This document shows positions 48,636 through 60,520 of a stretch of DNA of 64,000 nucleotides, piece after piece. The DNA is from Lama guanicoe (lineage: Eukaryota), in assembly GCA_013239625.1 (NCBI GenBank), contig MU053933.1:1697026-1761025 (forward strand). Direction: 5' to 3'. The translations under genes and the position numbers were made by a program. Numbering within the stretch: the first letter of the stretch is position 1; the number at the start of each line of letters is the position of its first letter. The notes below the pieces were generated by a model. The model did not search any database, was not told where the DNA came from, and saw only the letters and a program-made list of their open reading frames with translations.

Positions 48636-50619
48636 GTTTATTATCAGTAATGGGATATTTGGGAATGTCTTCTTTACCGTGTGGAAATGGGTTTCAGTGC
48701 TTGTCCACAGCCAGAATTTCAAAAGGATGTGTGTTGCAATCTGGACATGCTCTGCGCGTGGGAACCCCGGGCCCTGGTGGGCGTGGCGTGGTGGGGGTGG
48801 GGGGAGACAGGCTGGGGACGTCTCCCGGTTGTGTCTGGCAGGCGCCTGCTTTCCTGGACCGGTCGGTGTGTGTGATGACAGGACTCTGCTGTGGTTGCTC
48901 TGAGTGGGGTCAGGCTCTGAGCTCTGAGAGCAGGAGCCCAGTGGGACCCAGGGTGGGACTCACCCTTCAGAACTACCAGCTGTGCCGCAGGCACCAGCCC
49001 CCAGTGACACAGAAGTTCCTGTGCAGCGAGTGGGAAGGTCCGGGAGACTCACCGGCCTCCGGGCCCTCGATGTGGCCCAGCCCCGCTGCCGTCATCTGTC
49101 CTCAGGGCCCTAGGGCCTCCATTTGTCCTTGTCTTGCGGCCCATGTGGGTTCCCCGGAGGCACCATGACCGGAGGAGCAGCCACCTTCCTTGGCTGGGAG
49201 CGTTTTGCATGTGGACGCATTGGAGAAGAGGTGACCAGGCAGTTGGGAAAATGACACAGCAGGGTTCCCTCTTGTCCCCTCTGGGTGGCGATTCCGGGCC
49301 TGGGCTCAGGGGCCCCCTGGAGGCCAACCTGCATGGATTGGGTCTCTGGGGAGGGCGCACATGGCCCAGAGCGAGGTGGCCACAGCTCTGGGCTCCCCAG
49401 GCCACTCTGGCCCCGGGACAGGAAGGCCATCAGCCCAGGGCAGCTGCTTCTCCTGCTCAGCTGCTGGTCCTGGAGAGTCGGCCATGGTCCTGGCTCAGCA
49501 GCCCCAGGGGGCTTGAGGTCCCATGTTGAGACCTCTCTGCCGCGGGCCTGGGTGTCTGTCTCCCAAAGGGACACCCTTGACCAGCTGGTCCTTACTGTCA
49601 CCAGGTTGTGGACATCCCAGAATAGTCTTGGGGTTGGGGGCCCACGTGCAGCCCCCACCACGTGTGTCATGAGGACACTTGACTGCAAGCGGGTGACGCA
49701 GGAGATGCCTCTTTCAGTAAATCAGCTTTTCATACTCAACTCATCCGTGTAAGACGAACAACATGTAGAACGGGAGTCTCTCGTTCCGTCCGTATTTCCC
49801 ACAGTCTCTCAGCAGAGCCACTAGGCAGCCCATCCCTGACCCTTGGCCGGCCTGCGTGGACCGTGCAGTGAGGGCGGCCACCCTGGACTGGGCGGCAGGC
49901 CGCGTGCGGCTGGGGCTGGGCTGGGACAGCCAAGGAGGGGCGGCCTGTGTTGGCGGCGTGGCTCCTTGTGCGCTGTGACCCTGTCTGCTCCCTTCTCCTC
50001 CGACCCTTGACAATCCGTTAACAGCGATGCCCTCTGTTTCCTTCAAAGCAGAGTCTTCGCCCCTTGTCGGGAAACACTGGTCTTCCTGGAGAACAGGGGC
50101 TGCCTTGGGCCTGTGACCGGGTGTGGCAGCAGGACTGTGGGTCTGGACGGTCAGTGTCCCCTGGGCCCACAGCGGTGTGGTGGCTGCCTCCCTTCAGGTT
50201 CCCTGCAGGGTGGGGCTGGGACCAGCGCAGACGCTCCGGGGTGTCGGACACTCTCTTCACGCCTGCTGTCAGCCCTCCACCCAGATGCACAGCGGCTCTC
50301 CCAGCCCTTCCCTGGTTCTTGAACAAACAACGCTCAGGTAAATTTCTCCTCTCCTTCTGAGGAGGGAGACGATGTCTCCTGTCCTGCGGGTCCGCGGGCC
50401 CGGCTGCGGCCAGGCAGGCCCGGAGGTGCCAGGGGCCTGCGAGGGGGGCGCCCCCAGGGGAGGGGCCACGGTGGAGGGCCCGGGTTTGTGGTGACCCCGG
50501 CTCCGGCTGTTTGAGGACTGCAGGGTTCGCTGGGCTTTCTGCATCTTCTTAAGGTTTTGTCGGTTATCCTTCCTAGGAGCTTGCCCTGAACTGAGACTTT
50601 CAAGCGTGTTGCTCTAAGC

Positions 50620-52615
50620 TGTTCACAGTTCCCTCTTGTTTAGACAAATCCGCAGCGTCTGGCTGTGCCCTCTCCTCTCTCTGGACGCCATCTGTGCCGC
50701 CTCGCTCCGTCTTGGTCCTCTGGCCGAAACTGCGTTTCACTGCTTCTTCCAAACGACCGCCTTCGTGGCTTTCTGTGTCTTTTATTTCTTCAGTTTCTGT
50801 TTTCTAAATTACTTCCTTCCTCTGTTTTGTCTTTCTGGTTCATGCTTTTCGTCGTTCGCTCTCCGCCTTCTGACGTTTTCTAGCACACGCTCGGCGTGAC
50901 CCTTGGCTGCGGCCTCAGAGCCGTGATGTTACGTCTTCTTGTTACTGTTCCGTTCAGTAGATTTTCTAATACTGAACGGATTTATTTTTGATTGTTGATA
51001 ACTGTTTTGAATTTCTCAGCATACGACGACTTCCAAATATCTTTTTGTGGCCTTTCTTTCTTTAAGTGTCTGTGCGTTTTGGTCAGAGAATATGCTCTGA
51101 TTGGTGCCTGTGCTTTGACATTTGTCGAGACTCGCTCTGTGGCCCAGCATATGGTCAGATTTTGGAAGTACTCTGTGCTTCTTTGAGAGGACTGTGTTCT
51201 GCAGTTGGTGGGGTTAGTTTTTGGTGAGTTCACTAAGTTTATTAATCGCGTTGTGTAAACCTTCAGTATCAGGCATTGGCAAACTGCAGCCCCTGGGCCA
51301 AATCTGGCCCACCACCTGTTTCTAGAAATAAAGTTTAGTGAGATCACAGCCACACCCGTTGGTTTATGTATTGTCTGTGGCTGTTTCGCAGTATGACTGG
51401 TTAAGTTGTTTCGATAGAGACTGGCCCTTTCCAGAAAACGTCTGCCAACTCTTGCATCCTCATTGGTTTCTTATGTCTACCTGCTTTATCAATTACTGAG
51501 CGAGGTCTGTTAGAATCCCCAGCTATCACGGTGGATCTGCCTGTTAAGTTGTGCGTTTCTATCAAGTTTTGCTCTATGTGTTTGGGGCTGCGTTACCAGT
51601 GGCACAGGTTTACAATTGCTGTATCTCCTTTGTGAACGAAGTGTCTGTCACGTGAAGGCATCTGTCTCCTGAAGGGGTTTTTGCCCATAGTTGGCGCCAT
51701 CAGAAGTTCACGTAGCTGAACCTTTGGGAAATAACTGCCTTGTATCCTCCTTCTGTTTTATTTTCACCCTTTTGTATCTTTATATCTTAGATGTAGCTTG
51801 TGCACAGCCTATGATTAAAGTATTTTTTAATTGAAGTTTGGTTAATCTTTTTAAGTCTGACAATTAAAAACTTTTAACAGGAGTTTTAATTTGGTTTACT
51901 TTAAATGTGATTACAGATGGATTTGTTTAAATCTGCTGTCTTATGTTTTGTTATCTGTGCTGTATTTTTTTCTTTCTTTCTCCTTTCTTGCTTTTTTCAA
52001 GTTAATTATTGATCCTTTCATTTTTTGACCATTTTTTCTACAATTAGGAAGTTACAGACTCTTTCTGTTTTTCTGATGGTTTTCCCAGAAATTACAACAT
52101 TCTTATTTGTCAGAAATCTGAGATCACCTAGTACTTTACTCCTCAGGGTGACCGAGGGCCCGAGAACACCCCTGACCACCACCCCCATCCCCGCGGCTTC
52201 CTGCGGGGCTGATTTTTCACCCCACGAGCCTTCGGTGCTGTGCCTTCAGTGTTGCTTAATAACCCACAGTATTGCTTTTTTTAGATTTGTAGACGGACCT
52301 GCCACTTTCTTTGCTCCTCATTCTTTTTGCATCTCTGACTTTCTATCCGAGGTCATTTCTTCCGGCTTGAAGTGCACGTGTGAGACATCCCTTTAGTTCG
52401 ATTCTGCTGGTGGCAAGCCCTCCCCTCCCCTCTTCTGTTGAGTTTTCCTTGCTCCTTCGGAGACGCATTGGGGGCTGTAGAATCTGGGCTGGCTGCTGAG
52501 TTCTTTTAGCACATTGACGACGTCACGCACTGGCCTTTGACGTCCTTCATCTGCTAACAGGTCCTTGCCAGGCTGACTCTACTTTGAAGATAATCCGTCT
52601 TTTTTTCTGGCTTTG
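50620..52615 (-). mobile_element. Degraded antisense L1M fragment with nested MER58A
   Basis: ttttggtcagagaatatgctctg; tgtggcccagcatatggtc; aattactgagcgagg..gttagaatcccca. Confidence 0.7.
51270..51454. mobile_element. MER58A-like hAT-Charlie DNA transposon
   Basis: cagg..ttggcaaact..agcccctgggccaaatctggcccaccacctgttt..aaataaagttt...cacagccacacc...tgccaactcttg. Confidence 0.85.
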
Positions 52616-52616
52616 A

Positions 52617-52741
52617 GATCAAACTTAAAAACCTCTGTACTTCAAAGGACACCATCCAGAAAGTGAAAAGACAACACACAGGATGGGACTAAAAAAATTG
52701 CACATCCGAGAGGGGCTTGTCCCAGGGCATAGAAGGAGCTC
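52617..52741 (+). mobile_element. L1 ORF2 fragment
   Basis: atcaaacttaaaacctctgtacttcaaaggacaccatc..aaagtgaaaagacaac. Confidence 0.75.
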
Positions 52742-53079
52742 GGGTGCGTCAGAGCCGCCCCTGCCTGAGTGCCAGCAATGCCCTCAGCGTGCTCAGCGTC
52801 TCAGGAACAGACACAGACTGAGAAGGGGGGACGGGGGTGAGCTAAACACTGCCGTGCTTCTGAGATGCGCCCTCCTGTCCTGTGCTGCCCCTGCTCCCCA
52901 CACCTAACCGTGTGCAGGAGGGTCGCTGGACACCTGTTGAAAATTTGCAGGCATCACCCCTTCCGTGCAGCCCCAGCCTCTGTCTCAAGGTGCCGCCCAG
53001 TGCTTCTCAGATAAGGTGCAGCCATCAGATCTGTTAGGGGAGCTGCCCTGGCTGAGTGGGAAATGGGGTGCAAGATTCT

Positions 53080-56000
53080 CGCATCCACTGCTAACCGTGA
53101 TGGGATGACAGGGACCGGATTTCACCCCCACCCGCAACATGGGAAAACCAAACCAAAGTACGTGAAGCTGCAGACTTCAAAAAGTGCACAACAGGAGCCC
53201 GAGGCGGTGACCCCCAACAGGGTAGGAGTGGGGGGCCGCCCTCCAGCTTAGCACCGGCAGCGTCCGCAGAGCACAGGGCAGCGGGGCAGACCGTGTTGGG
53301 CGAGAATCATTGGAGAGGAGTACTGGAGAGGCTAGGACTGCATGAATAAAGTGCTCTGGGGAGCCGAGGGGCCCCAGGCTGAGGCTGCGTGTTGATCCGC
53401 GCACGTGTGTGGGAATCCCACCCAAGGTCGGGAGAGCCTCGAAAGGAGGAGGTGAGCAAGTCCCTTAGTTCACACAGGGCTGCGAGGAAGTTAGTGTTCT
53501 CACCCGCCAGGTGGAAGGAGTCCCAGTTCAAAGGGCATCGGCTAGGGTCCCCAGAGCCCTCAACGCAAGCCCCCCCAGGACTCACCTAAACAAAGTTTGA
53601 AACCAGCCTTGAAAGGGTCAGACCGCTCTGAGTAAGGTAACTGCACCCCTGAAAAGAGCCTGACAGCATTTGAGGGACTGCAGCAAAGCCGGGCCTTCAA
53701 CACGTTGTGTTCACAGTGTCCCGGAACCAAGCAAGCAGCACTCGGCATACACACGAGTGGAGAAGCGTAACCCAGAAGATGAGAAAAGTCAGTTATCAGA
53801 AACAGATCTGGGTGGATCCACAACCTCCCAGATAATAGAATTGGCAGAAAAGGATGTTAAAATGTGTGTTATAACCGTGCTGCATGTGTTCAATGTCACA
53901 GAGAAAATACGACCAAGATGGGCAAATGGAGGCTATAAAAAAGACCCGAGTCTCCTGGAGAGGAAGACACACTGGGCGGGGTCACAGCAGGTCCGACGCT
54001 GCAGAGGCGGGGTCAGGGTTCTTGAACATCCAGCACTGGGAACTTTCTAACATGAAACACAGGAAAAAGACATGGGAAAAAGGAATGGCACCAGCGCACC
54101 ACGAAAAGAGAAATAACAAGTGTGAACGTGGATTCCAGAAAAAGGCGTGTGTGGTGGAAAATGTTTGAAAGAAATAATGGCTCAGATTTTTGCAAATTTG
54201 ATGAAAAAACTTATTTTTCAAGATCAGTCAATCCTAAGCAGAAGAAATATAAAGAAAACCACACCAATCATAATCAAATTTCTGGAAATCTTAATAGCAG
54301 AAGATCTTAAAAGCAGCCAGAGGCAAAAACCTACAGTGTTCAGAGAAAACCAAGGTGAAATCTCAGCGGACTTCTTACCAGGAGCTCCGCAGCCAAAGAC
54401 GGTGGAGGGGCATCTTTAAAATGCAGCCTGCAGTCCCACAGCCACAGAATCCCTTTCCAAAGTGAAGGCAAAATAAAGACTTTCTCAGACATTCAGAAGC
54501 TGAAAAAATTAATCATCCCTGACTTTGCAAACCCAGATAGGACAGGTAGAAAGAGGATAGATTTAATCCCGGCCATGTCAATGATCACATCAAATTGTGG
54601 ACGGCCTGAAAACTCCAAATAAAAGGCATTTTGTCAGAGTATCAGATCAGATTAAAAAAACATTAGGTAAAGGTGCTTTCCACATTAAATATAAAGACAC
54701 GGATAGGTTAAAAGTAAAAGGTTAGAAAAATAGATACCATTGATTGCAAATATGAGTCAAAGGATAATCCAAGCAGATAAATGAATATGAGACAAGGCAG
54801 ATTTCAGGACAGGAAATGTTACCAGGGATGAGAGCGATACCTCATGGTGATCAGAGGGCTCCGTTCATCCAGCGAACGTCGCACTGGGTGAGTACGCGCC
54901 TAATGAGAGCTTCAGAATACACAGAGCGAGAACTGACAGGACTGAAAGGAGAATTAGGTGAGCCCACCACTGTAGCTGGATATTTCGACACTCCTCTTTC
55001 AATAATCGAGAGGAAATCAGTAAAGATGCGAAAGGCTTGAATAGCACCACCAATCCATGGAGCACCCCGTTCAAACAGCAGAATGCATACTCTTTGCATG
55101 TACGTGGAGCTTTCACCAAGGTGGACCAAATTTGGGCCGAAAAGCAAATCTTTTTTTTTTTTTTTTAACATTTTTTATTAACAAATCTTGATAAACGAAG
55201 AAGGACTGAAACCTTACAAAGATTTCTCTGACCAACAGAGAATTAAACTAGAAATCAGTAATCAAAAGATATCTGGACCCCCCCAAATATTTGAAAACTA
55301 AATGAACACACTTCTAAATAACCCAGAGGGAAAATCACGAGGGAGACTGGACAGCGTTTTGAACTGACTGAGAATTACAACAACGCAGCAGGTTTTGTGG
55401 AACGCGAGTAAAGCAGTGCTTAGAAATGAGTAGCATTATTATATCAGAACATAAAACAGGCCTCAAATCAATGATTCAAACTTCAACCTTAAGAAAAAAT
55501 AAAGAGCAAAGAGCAGAAATCAATGAAATAGAAAATGAACAGAAGAAGAAAAATCAACGACACTGAAAGCTGTTTCTGTGAAAGAATCATTAAAATTGAT
55601 AAACCCCTAGTTAGACTGATCAGAAAAAAGGGGGAGAGAAGAGGAAGTACCAAAATCAGGAATGAGAGAGGAGGCATCGCCACGAACCCTACAGGTGCTA
55701 CAATGGTGGTCAGGGAATATCATGAAGCGCTCAGTGCTGAGAAATGTTTGCCACGTGGACGAAAGGGGCAGATTCCTGGAACAAAACAAATCACTAAAAC
55801 TCACTCAAGTCAAAGTAGACAACCCAAGTAACCCTGTCCCCCAACTTCAAGTTGTATATAAAACCTTCCAACGAAGGGTACTCTTGGCCTGGCTGACATC
55901 ACTGATGAATTCTACCAAACATTCAAGGAAGAAATAGCACGGATTCTCTGCAAAGTCCTCCGGGAGTTAGGAGAGGAGGGAACACGTCTTAGCTCACTCG

Positions 56001-57630
56001 GTGAGGCCAGCGTCCCCCTGGCACCAAAACCAAACAAGGGCCGTGGACCAGTATCCATCATGGACAAAATCTTTCAGGAATTAGAAAATTTTTGCAAATC
56101 AAAGCCAGCGACAGGTGAAAAGGATACTGCGTCATACCAGATGGGATGCGAAGTTGGTTTAACATTCTAAATCAGTTGTTATAATTCACTCTACTGGCAG
56201 ACAGAAAAAGAAAAACCGTATTATCATCTCAGTGGTACAGAAAACACAAAAGAAAGGACTTAGTACTCATTCACGTTAAAAAGGAAAGAAAGAAAGTGAA
56301 AGCAACCCCCCCCCCAAAAAAAGATCGCAGCAGTCTAGAACAGAGAAGACGCCCTCAGCCCAGTAAAGGGCTCTGTGAAAGGCCTGTCGCGAGTGTCCTG
56401 CCTGATGGGGAGAGACCGACGCTGTCCTTCCGGGCGGGGAGCCAGGCGAGGACATCTGCTCTCACCTCATTCAACATTGTCCTCGAGAGGTAAGGCAAGA
56501 AAAGAGAGAAGAGACATACAGCATGGAGTAAAAGAAGTAAAATTGTCTTTATTCACAGATGACATGCTGGCCGATGTGGGAAATGCTAAGAAACCCACAA
56601 GAAAGTTACTAGACCAATGGATGGGTTTGGTAACTTTACAGGACACCAGGTTATTACAACAAACTAATTTTATTTCTGTACACCAGCACTGAACATATAA
56701 AAGCTGTAATAAAACACCATTTATAATAGCATCAAAAGTGTGAACGTCGGAAGGATCAATCTAACAAAACGGTGCCAGAGAAACTGAAGAAGACCTAAGT
56801 AAACGGAGAGAGATGCTCTGTGAATGCGCCACAGGACCCGATGTTATTAAAATGCCAATCTACCAAAATTGATACATAGATCCGGTGCAGTCACAATCAA
56901 AATCCTGGCAAGGCTTTTTGTAGAAAGTTACAGACTTATTCTAAAATTTACATGAAAATTCAAGGACCTGGGAGAGCCGGGCTAATTTTGAAGAGACACA
57001 CAGAAGAGTCCCTGGTTTTCAGACTTCTTCTGTTGCTACAGTAATCGAGACCCTGTGGAAGTAGCAAAACAAGTGTAGGTGAAGATCAACAGAACAGAAG
57101 GACTCCAGAAACAAAGCCACACATTTATAGTCACTTCGCTTCCAACAGAAGTTCCAACATAGTTCAGCGGAGAAGCGAACATGTTGTCCATAAACGTACC
57201 AGGACCCTCGCACAGCTGTGTGTAAATAACCTTTGCCCAGCCTTGTCCCATGTTAAACTCAAAGTAGATCACAGAGCTAACGTGCAAGCTGAAACTGTAA
57301 GATTTATAGAAGAAAAAAGTGGTCTCTACACGCAGTGTAATATGACTCAGCCTTGAAAACAAAATTCGGACCCACGCTACAACATGGATGGACCTTGAGG
57401 GGAAAAAGCCAGACACGAAAGGACAAACACCGTGCGACTGCACCTTCCTGTCAAGTTCCCGGGTCGGAAGGCGCTGGGCGAGTGTTGCGGGCCGAATCTG
57501 TCTGGGAAGAGGGACAGGGTCTGTGGTGGACGGCAGTGATGGGTGCACACACTGCGAATGTACTTGATGCCACTGCGCTGTGCACTTAGACGTGGTGACT
57601 TGACCGCGACTTAAAACAAGCGAACAAAAA
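53080..57630 (+). mobile_element. Ancient L1M remnant spanning 5' region, ORF1, ORF2 (endonuclease, RT) and 3' UTR; pseudogenised
   Basis: Fragments EIMAQIFANLMK and EISADF (ORF1); TTVAGYFDTPLSIIER (EN); KINDTESCFCERIIKIDKPLVRL; EVKLSLFTDDML (RT FADD motif); 3' UTR gaatgtacttgatgccactg. Confidence 0.9.
55153..55179 (-). mobile_element. Ultra-short retro-insertion (polyT + L1 terminal nucleotides) with TSD
   Basis: caaatctt at 55145-55152 and 55182-55189 flank T-run + aacattttttatt. Confidence 0.7.
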
Positions 57631-58140
57631 CAAGGGCCCAGTTAGCCAGCAGGCTGGGAGTTGGCTTGCTGCTTGCAGCCAAGCTGCGTGGCAGGAGGGC
57701 TGGGCTGGTCTTGAGAGCCCGTCCTGCCGGGTTCGGGGGCCTGGGGGGCAGCGGGGTGCAGCTGAGGCCGCAAGGTCGCTGTGCGGGGACCCAGGGCCCC
57801 GAGGGCCCCCGGCCTGGAGGCCAGTCTGCTCGGCCTCCTCTGTGGGAGGCAGGAGCCCGCGGGGAGGCTGAAATTGCTTTGCAGTCCTTCCTGGGGCGTG
57901 ACCTCTGGGCCTCTCTGGTTTGTTCATTTACGGGCCATCTGTTGGGCCTCCTTATGAGGCGGGGGGCAGTAACAGTGCTCGGAAAGGCCCAAACAGGCTG
58001 TCCCTGCCGTTTGCTTGTCGGTGGCCGGTTGGGTACGTCGGGAAACAAGGCACATCCGTCACTGTCTGTCTCCCTGAGGTGCAGGCTCTGATGTGACGTG
58101 ACTGCGCGTGGCTCACTCACGCTGTGTCTTCCCTGCGCAG

Positions 58141-58234
58141 GTGCGTCTGTGTTTGTGCCTTTCACTCTCGGGCCTTCAAGTCGGAGCCGTCTGAGGCCGA
58201 CTCTGCCCCGCTGCCCCGCTGCCCCCGTGCCGCG
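58141..58234 (+). other. Putative non-coding internal exon (5' UTR exon 2), 94 nt
   Basis: Branch-like ctcac (58112-58120), pyrimidine tract tgtcttccctgcgcAG|G, donor GCG|GTGAGT at 58235; no ATG; non-repeat sequence. Confidence 0.65.
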
Positions 58235-60274
58235 GTGAGTTAGAGGAGGCGCCTGACGCTTGAGCCACGTGTGTGTGCGTGTCCACGTGCGTGTGCTTAT
58301 TTCTGTCCCCCAGAGCAGCGCTGGAGTGGGCCGTGCCCCGCGCCCCGGACCTGCTCTGTTGGCAGACATGGAAGTCTGCCGCCTGGAGAGCCAGGCCTGC
58401 CCATCCGGCTTCGATGACATGGAAGGGGCCCTTGGGGCGCGGTCCGGCCTTAGTGCGTAGTTGGTTGATTTTCTTAAAGGGGTGAATACTTTAAAGGTTT
58501 CCTCCAGTCAAAGGATATTTATTGTAATCAGTTCCCATTTGGCCCAAATCCAAATGAAAAAGTTCAGGCAGAGCAGTTTCTTTCCCCTTCTGTCCTTTCC
58601 TGGGGGGACGAGCTAAAATTGCAGGGGGGCACCTGTAGGGGCGTCTGTGGGCATCACCCCGCAGACCTGGAAGTCCCTGAGTCTTTCTGTCTGTCTCTCT
58701 TTTAATGGAAGCATGGTTGGTTGCACGCAGCACAGTGATTCAGTCATGCACGTACGTGCCTTTGAGATGGACGCAGCTGCCCAGTTCAGACATCCAGGGT
58801 GGGCGTATGATCTGGTGGTCAGGGTGCACGTTTTCCAGGAGAAGGAGAAGGAGAGCCCTGCTTGCCATCGGAGCCTTCTGCTCCTGCAGGGAGCTCCCCT
58901 GGGAAGCCCAGTGTTAACCAGGTGTCCCTAGTTCATCTGGGACTGAGGACAGAGCCTGTCCCACAGAGTGACCTCGAGTGACCCGGGTGCTCTCCTGTCC
59001 TCCGTGTCCTGACTCTGGGCAGCCCAGGCCTTTTAGGGCCCATGCTGACCACCTCCCTTCTGCACCGGCACCCAGACGTTTTGGGATCTGCTGTGTGAGG
59101 TGCCTGAGCGACGGGCTCCTTTTGTCTTAATCAGCCTCGACCAGGAGGCCTCTTCCTGCTGCTGCTTCTTGGGCCCGGGCAACATCTGTCTCCTAGCACC
59201 CCTTCTGCAGGGAGCGAGTCCAGCCGTTCTGTTTGGCAGTTTACACGGTTAGCTCGTGGTCCCCGGCTGTCGGTGGGCGGGCAGTTCCACCTCTTGTCAT
59301 GGTGACCCCGCGTGCTGGGAGCTGCTCGTCACTCAAGGACAAGCCCCTGGGGTGGGGCAGGGTCAGCGCAGCCCAGGGCCGGTCTCCTGCTTTGTGTTTA
59401 TGGTCCTGCCTGGTTACCAGTCGTGTTGCTTGAATACATGAATGGCACCGCTGTTCCTCCTCAGTGTTCAAATTAAAATTACTTTGCTTAGTGTCTCTTT
59501 ATAATTAAATGTTTTATTATGAGTGCTCATCGGATAACCGGTGACAGATGTGAGACCCACGACGGCCCTCAGCCCCTGCGTTCTCTGAGCGTCTCCAACG
59601 TCCTGAGTCAGCAAAGGTGTAGTCGCCTTTTTTGCTCATTACTGATTCAGTACACAGTTATGGTTTCCACTGTTACACTGTTGCAAGCTGCTATTCTGTG
59701 CAAAAGAAAGCCAAACTACATTGTATCCTAAAATTGAGTGCTCCGTGTGTTCCTTCCCTTTTGATTATCACCTGGCAACGGGGCAACTATACTGGGCAGA
59801 AAGGAGAATTTCCTGTGACTGCCCTCGCCCCGGGCGGCGGCGCGGGAGCTGTGGGTGGCACCAGGAGCCTTTTGATCTGTGAAGTGTATTGCGTTGTGTA
59901 AGGCAGGCATGTCGTTGGCAGGGGGTTGTTTCCGGGGGGAGAATGGCCCAGGTCACTGGCTCTCAGGCAGCCCTCTCCCAGAAGGATGGAATTTGGGAGG
60001 TTGGAGGCGGGTATCAGTCTCATCTCCGTCTTTTCTGAGGATGGGGCCTCTACGTTCCGTAACAATTGAGGGCTGGAAAAAGAACCAGTAACTTTATGCT
60101 TTTCAGCTGTGGGACGATCCCAGATCGGATTCACAACCCAGCATCCAGGTTAACTCAACGTTTACAGAAACGACTTCCAGTTATGTGCACACAACCTGCC
60201 GTTTCGTAGAGGCAGGGAAGAGGCAGCAGCACGGCCCCCGCCCCAGGTGCCGTCGCCGGTGTTGGAGTGTAAAG

Positions 60275-60520
60275 CAAACTGTTTGCTGAAGGCTTGAGCT
60301 GGCACCTCTCCAAAGACGTCCAGATGTCTCATAAACACCCAGAAGGACGTGCACCCTCATTAATCGTCAGAGCAACGAGAGTTACAAAGCCCAGTGTGGG
60401 GTCTGTGCGGCCCATGGCTGCGGAGGGGACACGGAGCTGGCGGGTGTGGGTGAGGGGCGGGGGGCTCACTCGGCGTCCTGGTGGCCACGGCCTGGTCCGA
60501 CCCCTTGGAGAGCTCTGACA
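60275..60520 (+). mobile_element. L1 ORF2 3' fragment
   Basis: ggcacctctccaaagacgtccagatg..cataaacac..gaagga..cctcattaatcgtcagag. Confidence 0.6.

Noticed and set aside
48302..49168. 288-aa ORF
   Set aside because: Reads through a MER33-like remnant; no protein family resemblance
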